Part shown: positions 1 through 10,032 of the stretch, one piece after another
Layout: each line of letters begins with the position of its first letter
How positions within the stretch are numbered: position 1 is the stretch's first letter
Program-made: the position numbers and the translations under genes
Source of the DNA: an uncultured Dehalococcoidales bacterium
Lineage (GTDB): Bacteria > Chloroflexota > Dehalococcoidia > Dehalococcoidales > UBA2162
Reading direction: 5' to 3'
Assembly: GCA_964493985.1 (NCBI GenBank)
Contig: CAZBQL010000005.1
Span: 1-54,534 of the forward strand
Length of the DNA: 54,534 nucleotides
The notes under the pieces: model-generated
The model's input: the letters and a program-made list of their open reading frames with translations, nothing else
The model's database searches: none
Told to the model about the DNA's origin: nothing

Positions 1-290
1 GCCGGATGCTTTTTACAGAGGTTCCGGTTCTCCATAAATGTCAGTATTTTTTCATCGAGTATTTTGTTCAGAGTTAATCCGTATTTATCATGTATTTCTT
101 TTGAAAGGAGGATATGACATCTCGGCCCCCATTCGTGATCCCTGGAAATCTCGTCATCATTACCGATGACATCGGAACCGTAGCCGATCAAGGCAGCCGC
201 GTATTTTCCATCTAACTCAGGTACATTATCCTGGATAATAGGCTTTATACACTCAAAATAATACTTTCTTGATAAATCCAGACCCTTCAT
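1..290 (-). CDS. DUF4037-family (nucleotidyltransferase-like) protein, runs off the left edge; absent from ORF track
   Basis: Manual translation from ATG at 290: MKGLDLSRKYYFECIKPIIQDNVPELDGKYAAALIGYGSDVIGNDDEISRDHEWGPRC; the G-S-D...DDEISRDHEWGP motif is typical of this family. Confidence 0.75.
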   Translation of the reverse strand, partial: MKGLDLSRKYYFECIKPIIQDNVPELDGKYAAALIGYGSDVIGNDDEISRDHEWGPRCHILLSKEIHDKYGLTLNKILDEKILTFMENRNLCKKHP

Positions 291-351
291 TTATATGCCT
301 CATCAATGGAATTCCGGACCAGTCATTATATCACATATAATTAGCTTAAAA

Positions 352-380
352 TTGACGCTTTATCCCGACCTCCTTATAAT
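352..380 (+). promoter_or_regulatory. sigma70-type promoter for the serine hydrolase
   Basis: TTGACG (352-357), 17 bp, TATAAT (375-380). Confidence 0.7.
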
Positions 381-415
381 ACATACACGCCGAAAAAAAC
401 CTTTGAGGAGACAAA

Positions 416-1699
416 ATGTCCGACAATAACATACTGCCGGTTACCAGCCCCGAAGAAGCAGGGCTCGAGCCGGAAAGACTTGAACTTCTAAACAAGACCA
501 TGCAGGGATATGTCGATGATGGAAAAGTCCCGAACATGGTAACGCTCATTGCTCGTGGAGGAAAGATCGGTCATTGCGAAGTCCACGGTTACCTTGATAT
601 CGATGTCCGGAAACCGGCAGGAAAAGACGCTATATTCAGGCTTTACTCGAACAGCAAACCAATCACCGGTACAGCCGTGATGATGCTCTGCGAGGAAGGT
701 CTGCTTGACCTGGACGATCCGGTATCGAAATACATCCCGGCTTTCAAGAATCCGGTGGTAATTTCATCGGGACCACCCCCGCGAAATGCCGGGCCCGGTG
801 CAATGCTGCCGCTCAAGCCGGCAAAACGTGAAATCACTATCCGCGACTGCCTCCGGCACACGACAGGTCTGGCAACGCCCGATAGAACAACAGTAAGGGT
901 CGCATCGCAGTACAAAGATGCAATAGAGGAATCAGGCTGGGACCTGGCGACATCACTTGACCGGCCGCCCCGGAAGACCTACCTGGAACGGGTCGAAGCC
1001 CACGCGGCAATCCCGCTGAGTTTCGAGCCGGGTACCGATTTCGTGTATCATGCCGGCTTCGTAGTGATCGGTGTAATTATTGAAAAGGTCACTGGAAAAA
1101 CACTCGAAGAATTCTACCGGGAGCGTATCTTCAGACCACTCGGTATGAACGATACTTCCTTCTACCTGGATGAAAGTAAACTCGACCGGTTCACGACATG
1201 CTACCAGCCTTCTCTTGAGGGTAGTACCTGGCATCTTGTGGTATATGACAAAGCCGAGACCAGTGAAAAGGTAAAAGGCCCGAAAGTATTATTTGGCGCC
1301 GGCGGGGACATGGGCGGATTACTGTCTACCGCCGCCGATTACGCCCGTTTCGGCCAGATGCTTCTTAACGAAGGCGAACTGGGTGGAGTGAGAATCATCA
1401 GCAGAAAATCCGTAGAAATCATGACTGCAAACCATACCGGTAACATGACCATACCCATGCTCAAACCAGGATTCGGTGTGGGATTAGGGGTCGGTGTTTA
1501 CCTCGGGACCAGTCCGGATCCCATCATGCGTTCTCCCGGAACGTTCGGCTGGGGCGGAGCCGCCGGTACCACTTTTTTCGTCGATCCATGTGAGGATCTG
1601 GTCGCTATTTGTTTTACGCAGACGTTCGGCCACCTGATGATGCCGGACAATTTCTATCAGGAGGATTTCGAACGGCTGGTTTATCAGTCACTGATATAA
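416..1699 (+). CDS. Serine hydrolase, beta-lactamase class C-like family
   Basis: SxxK motif (YSNSK), LLDLDDPVSKYIP, PLSFEPG..F.Y, FGWGGAAGT. Confidence 0.9.
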   Translation: MSDNNILPVTSPEEAGLEPERLELLNKTMQGYVDDGKVPNMVTLIARGGKIGHCEVHGYLDIDVRKPAGKDAIFRLYSNSKPITGTAVMMLCEEGLLDLDDPVSKYIPAFKNPVVISSGPPPRNAGPGAMLPLKPAKREITIRDCLRHTTGLATPDRTTVRVASQYKDAIEESGWDLATSLDRPPRKTYLERVEAHAAIPLSFEPGTDFVYHAGFVVIGVIIEKVTGKTLEEFYRERIFRPLGMNDTSFYLDESKLDRFTTCYQPSLEGSTWHLVVYDKAETSEKVKGPKVLFGAGGDMGGLLSTAADYARFGQMLLNEGELGGVRIISRKSVEIMTANHTGNMTIPMLKPGFGVGLGVGVYLGTSPDPIMRSPGTFGWGGAAGTTFFVDPCEDLVAICFTQTFGHLMMPDNFYQEDFERLVYQSLI

Positions 1700-1783
1700 G
1701 CAGTATTGTACTGTGACTTAAGTCGTTTAACGGGCATTATCGATACGGATACACTGTATTAAAATAAATGACGGAGGCATTAA

Positions 1784-2275
1784 ATGTCATCAGATCTGGA
1801 GAAAGTCAGCACAATTATTGACAAAGCGATAGAGACAGAACAGGAAGGATTAAGAGTATACGAAGAAGCTACAGCGAAGGTTAAGGACCCCGAAGCAAAG
1901 GAAATATTCGAATTGCTTGCCAGAGCGGAACGTGGGCACATAGAGATGCTTGAAGAAGTAAAAGCATCTGAAGTTGCGACCCATTCCAATCATGAATGGC
2001 AGGGTAATTTCAAGGCCGAGATAACCCGGGAAATAGAGAAGATCGGCCGTCTTGTAGTGCCCGAAATAGGCGATAAAGCCGTGGATACTACTGCTCTCGA
2101 AGCTATAGATATCGGTATCGAACTCGAGAAAAAGTCGATTGAATTTTATACCAACGCAAGAGAGCAGGTAAGCGAACTAGGTGTGGGAAACCTTTTCGGA
2201 CTGCTTATTTCAGCCGAGAGAACCCATCAATTCTTCCTTGAAATAAAAAGAGATTCGATTGTGTATGGGACGTAG
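1784..2275 (+). CDS. Ferritin-like / rubrerythrin-family di-iron protein
   Basis: Duplicated E..E...Y / ExxH helices (ETEQEGLRVY..AERGH; ELEKKSIEFY..AERTH); GGAGG RBS. Confidence 0.8.
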   Translation: MSSDLEKVSTIIDKAIETEQEGLRVYEEATAKVKDPEAKEIFELLARAERGHIEMLEEVKASEVATHSNHEWQGNFKAEITREIEKIGRLVVPEIGDKAVDTTALEAIDIGIELEKKSIEFYTNAREQVSELGVGNLFGLLISAERTHQFFLEIKRDSIVYGT

Positions 2276-2287
2276 TACGGAGTAATG

Positions 2288-2312
2288 AATAAGAGGGAGT
2301 TTCCCTCTTATT
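2288..2312. terminator. Hairpin between convergent genes, probable bidirectional terminator
   Basis: AATAAGAGGGA-GTT-TCCCTCTTATT, perfect 11-bp stem. Confidence 0.6.
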
Positions 2313-3027
2313 CTCTCCATTCAATAATCCTGCTGGACCATATACGCGTCACCGCAGCTTCGAGTACTTTCTGTCTGAGGGCAGGGACATCGATTACCTG
2401 TAAAGTCCTGCCTTCGAACGTTTTCAGTAGCGGACATTCCTTCCGAAGTTGAAGCACAGTCTGATAAGGTCCTCCATAGACAAGGTAGTCCAGCGTTTTT
2501 TCATACGGTTGAAGGTGTTCCTCCGCATGGCTACATACTCTTTCCAGGAACTCCCTGGCCTGGTTTTCCCGGCGACGCTGGAAACGCCTTGAGGATGACC
2601 CGCCTTTGCGGGTGCGACCGTGAACTAGCCCGGTACCCACCTTACTCGATACCAGTACATCACCCTTACAGACTCCCACGGCATATGTACCGAGATGCAC
2701 CAGCACCAGGCCGATTATATAATCATTTGCCAGTAATTCCCTGAGAGGTCCGGTCGTACAATCCGAGAAAATAACCCTATCTTTCAGAGGAAACGGCGGT
2801 AATACCATCGTATGACTCTCTCTACCAGTGAAAATAACCGCACCCGTTACTGAACCGGCAGCTATTTCAACAATCGTATCAGGAAGGGGAGAAAGGATTA
2901 TCTGCTGGATCTCATTTACAGAAAAATTCGGTGGTAAGTACACCGAGGATGTAACGGACTCAGTACTCTCTTCAAGCCTGTCAAGGAATTCGGTCATCCT
3001 GGAACGTTTAACATAATATTCGTTCAT
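2308..3027 (-). CDS. acVLRF1 (Vms1/ANKZF1-like release factor family) protein
   Basis: YAVGV..G..LVSSKVG..LVHGRTRKGGSSSRRFQRRRENQA loop and LVYGG motif of the VLRF1 clade. Confidence 0.8.
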   Translation of the reverse strand: MNEYYVKRSRMTEFLDRLEESTESVTSSVYLPPNFSVNEIQQIILSPLPDTIVEIAAGSVTGAVIFTGRESHTMVLPPFPLKDRVIFSDCTTGPLRELLANDYIIGLVLVHLGTYAVGVCKGDVLVSSKVGTGLVHGRTRKGGSSSRRFQRRRENQAREFLERVCSHAEEHLQPYEKTLDYLVYGGPYQTVLQLRKECPLLKTFEGRTLQVIDVPALRQKVLEAAVTRIWSSRIIEWRE

Positions 3028-3038
3028 GGTCTAATAAG

Positions 3039-5402
3039 TTAAAGGCTTACTACGGTTACTCCCTCTCCACCTTCGCCCCGGGCTCCCGGCCTGAAGTTCC
3101 TGACCAGGGGATGTACGGAAAGAAGGTCACGGACTATCTGCCGTACGGTCCCCGTCGCAACGCCGTGAATGATCACCACTTCGTTCCTGTTCGACAATGC
3201 GGCATCATTCAGGTAGCCGTCAAGGGCGACTTCTACTTCATCAGCCCGTTTTCCCCGCAGGTCCAGTTCGCCCTTGACTGAAGGTGCCGGCGGTACCGTA
3301 ACGGAAGCTGCTCTTCGTTTTATTTTTCCACTTTCAAGCCGGACTTTCTTTACGCTGTCGAGACGTACCTTGAGGTTAAGCTGGCCTGCCTGCACCTCCA
3401 CTTCGCCATTGTCTTCATAGACAGCCTTAACTGTGCCATGCAGGTCGACTCCCTCCAGGTAGACGGTATCACCGACACGTATTTCATCATCATCGGCCGA
3501 TGGCAGTGATTTCAGCGACCACTCTTCACCATCAAGTCGTGCCCGGGTTTCCGCCAGGATCCGTTTAGCTGCTTCGGCCGCTTCCGCTGTCTTCTTTTTT
3601 CGCAGGTCGGTCTCGGCTTTACGAATCTCGCGGTGTAATTCCGCGGCTTCACGTACAATCTTATCCCTGGTTTCCTGTATTATACTCCTCTCCGCTTCCC
3701 TCACTTCCGCCAATTTTTTCTCAAGTTCCGTGTTACGTAACTTTATCTCCAGGTTTTCCTTCTCTATCTGTTTTCTCACCTGGATGATCTTTTCTTTTTC
3801 GGTCATGATTTCCGAGAGAGTGGTGTTAAGGTCGAGTTCTCCTTTTGAGAGCAGGTTCCTGGCTTCTTCTATGATCTCGGCAGGGACTCCAAGTCTGCCA
3901 GCCGTTGCCAGCGCGTTGCTTCCCCCGGGTATTCCCAGGGTTATCCTGTAGGTAGGCGCCAGTGTAATGGGATCGAAGTCGAAAGAAGCATTCTGCATCC
4001 CTTCCGTCTGATGGGCGAATACTTTCAGGTCGCTGTAATGGGTGGTCGCAACAGTGATCACTCTTTTAGACAGGAAATACATCAATACTGCACGGGCAAG
4101 AGCCGAACCTTCCGCCGGATCGGTCGCGGTACCGAGTTCATCCAGGAGGACCAGGCTTCGCGGTGTGGCATGATTGATAATACGAACGATATTACCGACA
4201 TGCCAGCTAAAACTCGACAGAGTCTGTTCGATGCTCTGTTCATCACCGATGTCCGCGAATACGCCGTCAAACACCGGTAAACGCGTTTCCGGCGCGGCCG
4301 GAATGGGAATTCCCGCCTGTGTCATCAGGCTCATCAGTCCGATTGTTTTCAAGGCTACCGTTTTACCGCCGGTATTCGGACCGGTGATAACAATTGTTGA
4401 GTACTCTTTGCCAACCTCAACGGTCAATGGAACGGCGTTCTTTCCCAGCAGGGGATGGCGGCCTTCGACAAGCCTGACAAACGCACCGCTATCATTACTG
4501 TCTCTGTCGGATGAAAATGCGACCAGTTCGGGAACTGACGCCTTGACAGCGCGAGAGTATTTTCCTTTCGCCAGCGCAACGTCCAGTTCAGCAAGGAGGG
4601 CTGTGTTCTGTTGTATCTCGGCATCGTAAACTCCCACTGCCTGACTGAGTTCACGCAGAATTCTCTCTATCTCGTATCTTTCTTCGGTCACCAGTTCTTT
4701 GACAGCATTACCAAGTTCGATCGTCGCCCACGGTTCCACGAAGACAGTAGCACCGGTATTCGAGACATCATGGGTGATGCCTTCTATATCCCTTCTCATC
4801 TCGTTTTTCACCGGAATAACGTACCTTCCTTCACGCTCAGTGATGATTGGTTCCTGTATCAGTTTATGCACACCGGGTTCCCTGATTATTGATTCCAGTT
4901 TTTCACGCAATGAATGCCGTGTGTCTCTCAGTCTTCTCCTGACCGACGCCAGTTTGGTCGATGCCCTGTCCAGGACCTCACCGCCCGTCGATATGCACTG
5001 TGTTATCTGCTTCTCTATGTCGGAAAGTGGTTTTATATCTTTGGCTATCTGCCATAATAGCGGTACTTCAGTCGCCACCTGCGCCAGACCGGCACGTGCC
5101 TGGCGAAACACCGACAGCGTCTGCTGAATCTCCATCAGGCTGGCAGGCTCCAGTATCTTCCCGAGGGCAGCCATTGAAACTAATTCACGGATATCATGGG
5201 CATCACCGATAGAGAATTCACGGTCGATGGATAACAGGTACCGCGCTTCCTCTGCTTCCTTGAGCAGCTTCCCTACGGTGTCATAGTCAGACAGCGGCAC
5301 TAGTTCCCGCACAAGTTCAGCCCCGACAGGAAAAGATGCGTATCCCGCCAGTATTTCCCTTATCCTGGGAAACTCCAGTATTTCAAGGCTTTTTTCATCC
5401 AT
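3039..5402 (-). CDS. mutS2: MutS2 (ATPase, coiled coil, KOW, C-terminal Smr)
   Basis: ITGPNTGGKT Walker A, DIGDEQSIEQTLSSFS, LLDELG..TDP.EG, KOW-like VGDTVYL, Smr ELDLRG...IIHG..TG. Confidence 0.95.
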   Translation of the reverse strand: MDEKSLEILEFPRIREILAGYASFPVGAELVRELVPLSDYDTVGKLLKEAEEARYLLSIDREFSIGDAHDIRELVSMAALGKILEPASLMEIQQTLSVFRQARAGLAQVATEVPLLWQIAKDIKPLSDIEKQITQCISTGGEVLDRASTKLASVRRRLRDTRHSLREKLESIIREPGVHKLIQEPIITEREGRYVIPVKNEMRRDIEGITHDVSNTGATVFVEPWATIELGNAVKELVTEERYEIERILRELSQAVGVYDAEIQQNTALLAELDVALAKGKYSRAVKASVPELVAFSSDRDSNDSGAFVRLVEGRHPLLGKNAVPLTVEVGKEYSTIVITGPNTGGKTVALKTIGLMSLMTQAGIPIPAAPETRLPVFDGVFADIGDEQSIEQTLSSFSWHVGNIVRIINHATPRSLVLLDELGTATDPAEGSALARAVLMYFLSKRVITVATTHYSDLKVFAHQTEGMQNASFDFDPITLAPTYRITLGIPGGSNALATAGRLGVPAEIIEEARNLLSKGELDLNTTLSEIMTEKEKIIQVRKQIEKENLEIKLRNTELEKKLAEVREAERSIIQETRDKIVREAAELHREIRKAETDLRKKKTAEAAEAAKRILAETRARLDGEEWSLKSLPSADDDEIRVGDTVYLEGVDLHGTVKAVYEDNGEVEVQAGQLNLKVRLDSVKKVRLESGKIKRRAASVTVPPAPSVKGELDLRGKRADEVEVALDGYLNDAALSNRNEVVIIHGVATGTVRQIVRDLLSVHPLVRNFRPGARGEGGEGVTVVSL

Positions 5403-5528
5403 AGTACTATCTATTCTTTACACTCAATGATTATAACATGACATTGACACATACGTTGGCATGCATAGCGTATTGACATTCGGCATCAGCAGATATTACT
5501 CTTAGCGGTAACCGGCAAGAAAAGGAGT

Positions 5529-6005
5529 TTGAAATTGGCAGAGAAGAAATACGGTCATTTGATAACCGAAAACAGAATACACCGCCACTCGGACTGGGTC
5601 GACCAGGTACCGCGCGATCCTGAAAGCGGAGAGATTCTCAACTGGGTGGACGGCGATGTCATTCCCGGGGCTTTCTATTACGAGTCATTCATGGCAATCA
5701 AGCCGACGATCGAAGGAAGTTTCAACGATCCGCCCCATGTTCATCCTGAATGGGATGAAGTGATAGGCATCTACAGCACTAACCCGAAGGATACCGAGAA
5801 CCTCGGCGGCGAAGTTCACCTGACAATCGACGACGAACTCCAGGTGATAATCAGAAGCTGCGCGATATTCATCCCCAGGGGGTTACAGCACGGCCCGTTG
5901 GTCATCAAGAAAGTCACCACGCCGATACTGCTGGTCACAACTGGAAATTACCCGAATTACACGCAGGTCCTGCCGCCTGACTGGGACAAGGACATCAAGA
6001 GATAG
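5529..6005 (+). CDS. Cupin-fold protein
   Basis: PPHVHPEWDE...GGEV...AIFIPRGLQHGP two-motif cupin pattern; TTG start with AGGAG RBS. Confidence 0.65.
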   Translation: MKLAEKKYGHLITENRIHRHSDWVDQVPRDPESGEILNWVDGDVIPGAFYYESFMAIKPTIEGSFNDPPHVHPEWDEVIGIYSTNPKDTENLGGEVHLTIDDELQVIIRSCAIFIPRGLQHGPLVIKKVTTPILLVTTGNYPNYTQVLPPDWDKDIKR

Positions 6006-6029
6006 AACAGGCCGGTCCTTAATCATCGG

Positions 6030-7967
6030 CTAATCCATGTTTTCTATTGTCACCGGCTCAATGTAATCGGCCGTTTCGAAGCCGAATATCTTCGAGTAGA
6101 AGTACAGTTCGGCATCCAGTGCCCGTTTGATATTCTCCGCTTTCCTGAAACCGTGCTGTTCTCCTTTGAACAGGAGATAGGCGACCGGGATACCTTTTTC
6201 ACGGAGAGCATTTACCATTAATTGCGCCTGATTTGGCGGCACGACTTTATCCTCGTCACCCTGAAAAAAGATTACCGGGCACGACAGTTTATCGACATGA
6301 TGAATCGGGGAACGTTCGATAAATACATCCCTTTTCTCAGGATAGGGCGCAACAATGCGGTCAAGGTAGCGTGATTCGAACTTGTGCGTATCCGTTTCCA
6401 GTGCTTCAAGGTCGCTGACACCGTAATAACTGGCTCCCGCCCTGAATACATCACGAAAAGCCAGGGAAGCCAGGGTGGTATAGCCACCGGCACTGCCGCC
6501 GCGGATAGCGGTTCGATTTCCATCCACTTCCCCCTGTTCTATGAGATACCGGGCACAGTTCGCGCAGTCGTCTACATCGATGATCCCCCACATGCCGTCC
6601 AGTCTCCGGCGGTATTCCCTTCCGTATCCGGTGCTTCCGCCATAATTCACATCGGCAACGGCGAAACCTCGGCTGGTCCAGTACTGGATGGACAGACCGA
6701 ACGAGTCGTAAGTTGCACTGGTAGGTCCGCCGTGGCTCATCACTATCAATGGCGGTTTTTCACCGGCTGGCGCTGCGAAATCAGCGTTTTTCGGCCTGTA
6801 AAAGAAAGCATGGGCAGTTAGTCCGTTCTCAGTGGGAAACTCTATCGCTTCAGGGATGGATAAATATCCGGCACCTACGTTAATATCAGTAGCCCTGCGT
6901 AACACCTCTGTTCTCCCGGTAGACAGGTCGAGTCTCACCACCGAATCAGTCTCGGTTGGTGAAGCAGCCAGGAAAACCGCGTAACCCGGAGTGGTTTTAA
7001 TCGATGAAAAGGACGAATACCGAGTTTCAATACGCCTGAACTCCAGAGTCTCCGTATCAAGGATTGCCATATACGATTCACCGCTCTGAGAATAGGTGCA
7101 AAGTATTCGTTTTTCAGATTCAAAAGCATAGGTGGACTGTCCGAAAACCCAGTGCGGGCTTCCGAACTCCGCTTCCATATCACAGAGTGGTTCGATATTT
7201 CCGTTCCTGTAACGATAAAGGTTCAGCCAGCCGGTCCTCTCGGAGAGAAAATACAGCACGCCGTCTGGAGAATATTTCGGTTCGGAAACCCATTCATCAC
7301 TCCCACCGGCCAGTTTTTCAGGATTGATGATACTGCTATTTTTATCTATCTCCGCTACCCATAACTCTGTGTAGTCCCAGGGCATATTCGGGTGATTCCA
7401 GGTGGTCCAGGCAAGTTGAGAACCATCCGGGCTGATCCGGGGAGACGAGTAGAAATCATTTCCCGCTACGAGTTTAGTTACCGTTCCAGTACCGCTGAGA
7501 TCCACCGCCGCGATAAAGTTCTCCGGTTCCTTATCGTTTCTCGTGTGGTCTTCACAGATACAGATAATTCTATCCCGCTGCCGGTCGATAACGCCGTCGG
7601 CATAACGCATATTTCCTTCAGGCGTGAGTGGCGATGGCGGAGAACCGGGTTCCTGCTGGTAAATACGCTGGTCTGAAAAGTTCGAAAAATAGACCGTATC
7701 CCTGTCGATTAAACAGGCACCGCCGCCATACTCGTGAACACGTGTCCTGGCATTGTACGGTTTCGGATTTACATCCGAAGCAGTACCGTCCCCGGAACAA
7801 CGTACCAGAACGTAACGTCCGGCCTCTGCGGGTCGCATCTCGATCCAGTATATATCATCACCGGCTATCTCAAGGTACCCGTCGAATCTGATCGAAGACG
7901 ATGATACAAGCTCCGAGGTTATCATCGATTTCCATGAGCCGTATCCGGCTGTCTTTACTTCTGCCAT
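6030..7967 (-). CDS. S9 family peptidase (prolyl oligopeptidase / acylaminoacyl peptidase)
   Basis: HGGPT, GGSAGG nucleophile elbow, QGDEDKVV, EQHGF triad; beta-propeller N-terminus; likely start MAEVKT at 7967. Confidence 0.92.
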   Translation of the reverse strand: MAEVKTAGYGSWKSMITSELVSSSSIRFDGYLEIAGDDIYWIEMRPAEAGRYVLVRCSGDGTASDVNPKPYNARTRVHEYGGGACLIDRDTVYFSNFSDQRIYQQEPGSPPSPLTPEGNMRYADGVIDRQRDRIICICEDHTRNDKEPENFIAAVDLSGTGTVTKLVAGNDFYSSPRISPDGSQLAWTTWNHPNMPWDYTELWVAEIDKNSSIINPEKLAGGSDEWVSEPKYSPDGVLYFLSERTGWLNLYRYRNGNIEPLCDMEAEFGSPHWVFGQSTYAFESEKRILCTYSQSGESYMAILDTETLEFRRIETRYSSFSSIKTTPGYAVFLAASPTETDSVVRLDLSTGRTEVLRRATDINVGAGYLSIPEAIEFPTENGLTAHAFFYRPKNADFAAPAGEKPPLIVMSHGGPTSATYDSFGLSIQYWTSRGFAVADVNYGGSTGYGREYRRRLDGMWGIIDVDDCANCARYLIEQGEVDGNRTAIRGGSAGGYTTLASLAFRDVFRAGASYYGVSDLEALETDTHKFESRYLDRIVAPYPEKRDVFIERSPIHHVDKLSCPVIFFQGDEDKVVPPNQAQLMVNALREKGIPVAYLLFKGEQHGFRKAENIKRALDAELYFYSKIFGFETADYIEPVTIENMD

Positions 7968-8136
7968 GTTATCCACCTGACTTAAATTTACCAACATTAT
8001 ACTACATACTACCCAGGGGGTAAGGTTTCATTCACGAAATAATTACCAACTTAATGCATTTATGAATTTGAGGAGTATTATATAAAGTGATACAATTTCG
8101 AAGGTAATCGTTAATACGGAAGAATTATCGATAATT

Positions 8137-8430
8137 ATGAATAAACGAGTATGGGTTTTTATCCTGAAAGCAGGAAAGTGGATCGGTAAAGTTCTGTCTC
8201 ATCTTCTGCCGAAAGGAGATATGTACCAGGAAATCCATGTTTCTCCTAATAAACAACCCGAACCGACCTTACGCCGGTATTCATACCTGCGGAGTCATGG
8301 CATCAGGTGTAAACTCCATAACCTGACATCACCCAGCGGGAGAGGCGTCGTCGCCGGAATGATCAGTCTTCGTGTCCACCGTAACGATATCGGTAGAGCC
8401 TACACTTTACTCAGGAATATGAACGATTAA
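8137..8430 (+). CDS. Small hypothetical protein, weak DUF2007-like pattern
   Basis: YLRSHGIRC...SLRVHRNDIGRAYTLL pattern; ORF fills the gap between convergent genes. Confidence 0.4.
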   Translation: MNKRVWVFILKAGKWIGKVLSHLLPKGDMYQEIHVSPNKQPEPTLRRYSYLRSHGIRCKLHNLTSPSGRGVVAGMISLRVHRNDIGRAYTLLRNMND

Positions 8431-9239
8431 CTACCCGTCGAATGATAGTGCCGGACGCCGAATTTCCATACCTTCAGCGAAACCCAGAGGAATATCAGCC
8501 CGATCAAAGGAGAGATCCATTGAAACCAGACAGGTGTGTTGAGAGGGTCTGATTTTCCCATTATAGCCAGGGCGGGGAAATAATTGACGCAGGCAAGCGG
8601 GATAATGAATACGAATATTCCGGCGAACCAGCGCTTATATATCGGAAGAGGCCACTGGACGGCTTCCACTCCGCCATACGTGAAAGAATTCATCACCTCC
8701 AGGCTCTGGGTAGACCAGAAGCACATCGTCGCCTGAAGTATCAGCAGTCCGGTAAAAACACAGACGTTTCCCGCAACCGAGATAAGCAGCAGCAATACCT
8801 TGGCAAAATCCCAAGTTATATCGAGACTGACAGAAGCCCAGATAAGAATACTCAGGCCCTGGAGCAGCCTGCCAGCCCTGAATAACAGGAAGTCATGCGC
8901 CAGTACCTGCAGGGCTGTCGAACGGGGACGCAGCAGCGTCCTGTCGAACTCGCCGTGTATGACCTGGAGATTGAAGTGGTCGAAACCACGACCGAACGCT
9001 TCGGTTATCGCCCACCCGACATTGACGAGACCATAAAATAATGCCACTTCTTCAAGTCTCCAGCTCTGGAGTGAACCGAATCTGGAAAACAGGACTACAA
9101 TTCCAATAAACTCGATAAAGGTTACAATGAAATTTCCGATCGTCATCAGGACGAAGGAAGCCCGGTACTGAAGCTGACTTCTGATATTTATTTCGATCAG
9201 CCTGAAGTATACCTTCACTGAGTCGATAATATTATCCAC
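8427..9239 (-). CDS. ABC-2 family exporter permease (DUF990 type)
   Basis: SQLQYRASF, GEFDRTLLRP, YPL.IY-like WPLPIY; about 6 TM helices. Confidence 0.88.
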   Translation of the reverse strand: MDNIIDSVKVYFRLIEINIRSQLQYRASFVLMTIGNFIVTFIEFIGIVVLFSRFGSLQSWRLEEVALFYGLVNVGWAITEAFGRGFDHFNLQVIHGEFDRTLLRPRSTALQVLAHDFLLFRAGRLLQGLSILIWASVSLDITWDFAKVLLLLISVAGNVCVFTGLLILQATMCFWSTQSLEVMNSFTYGGVEAVQWPLPIYKRWFAGIFVFIIPLACVNYFPALAIMGKSDPLNTPVWFQWISPLIGLIFLWVSLKVWKFGVRHYHSTGS

Positions 9240-10032
9240 CCTGTATCACCACCCCTCTCATACCGAGTTTCAGCAGGATGACTCCCAATGCCATGAATGT
9301 TACCGTCCAGATAACCTGGATCAGGATAAATGAAGGCAGGTCGGAAACCGGCAGTACTTCCAGGTAGAACCGGAGAGGAATGTCCAGCAGGCTGCTGAAT
9401 GGCAGGTATCTTAAAATTCCCTGCGCCCAATCGGGATAATAGACAAGGGGGACCACCATCCCTGAAAAAACCATGATCATAGCCGGGACTATCCTCTGCA
9501 TTCCCAGGCCGGAAAGTGTCCATAGTGTCGATATGGACATGATATTGCCGATAGTACATCCAAGCAGCAGCGCGAAACACGTGGAAATAGCCCAGGCAGC
9601 CCCGGCCGCTGGTGAACCAGGCGGTCTGACCCCATATCCTGTCGGAAGAAGGAGGACCAGTATATACAGCGGTACTCCGGTAAGCATGACGGGAACGATT
9701 TTCTGAGATAACAAGCGGCAGTACCAGTTAAAATACAGGCTTAACGGACGGCATAACTCGTAAGCCACGTGCCCGTTCCGTATCATGTCAATGATATCTT
9801 CATCACCTGCCCACGGAGCCATCCTGTACGTTACCTGTACTACCCAGGCATAGGTCACCGCCTGCCCGAGTGATATAGGCTGGACAACGCTGGTCGAAGC
9901 ATAAAATCCGTGGAACACCATCACCTTGATAAAGCCGAAGAATAACTGGGTGAAGAATCCTGCCGCGGCAGCCGCCCGGTACTGGAGTTGAACGGCGAAC
10001 CGCATTTTCGCTATGGTGAGATATGCCTTCAA
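9232..10032 (-). CDS. ABC-2 family exporter permease
   Basis: LQYRAA, IRNGHVAYELCRP, FSGMVVPL..YPDW. Confidence 0.88.
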   Translation of the reverse strand: MKAYLTIAKMRFAVQLQYRAAAAAGFFTQLFFGFIKVMVFHGFYASTSVVQPISLGQAVTYAWVVQVTYRMAPWAGDEDIIDMIRNGHVAYELCRPLSLYFNWYCRLLSQKIVPVMLTGVPLYILVLLLPTGYGVRPPGSPAAGAAWAISTCFALLLGCTIGNIMSISTLWTLSGLGMQRIVPAMIMVFSGMVVPLVYYPDWAQGILRYLPFSSLLDIPLRFYLEVLPVSDLPSFILIQVIWTVTFMALGVILLKLGMRGVVIQGG

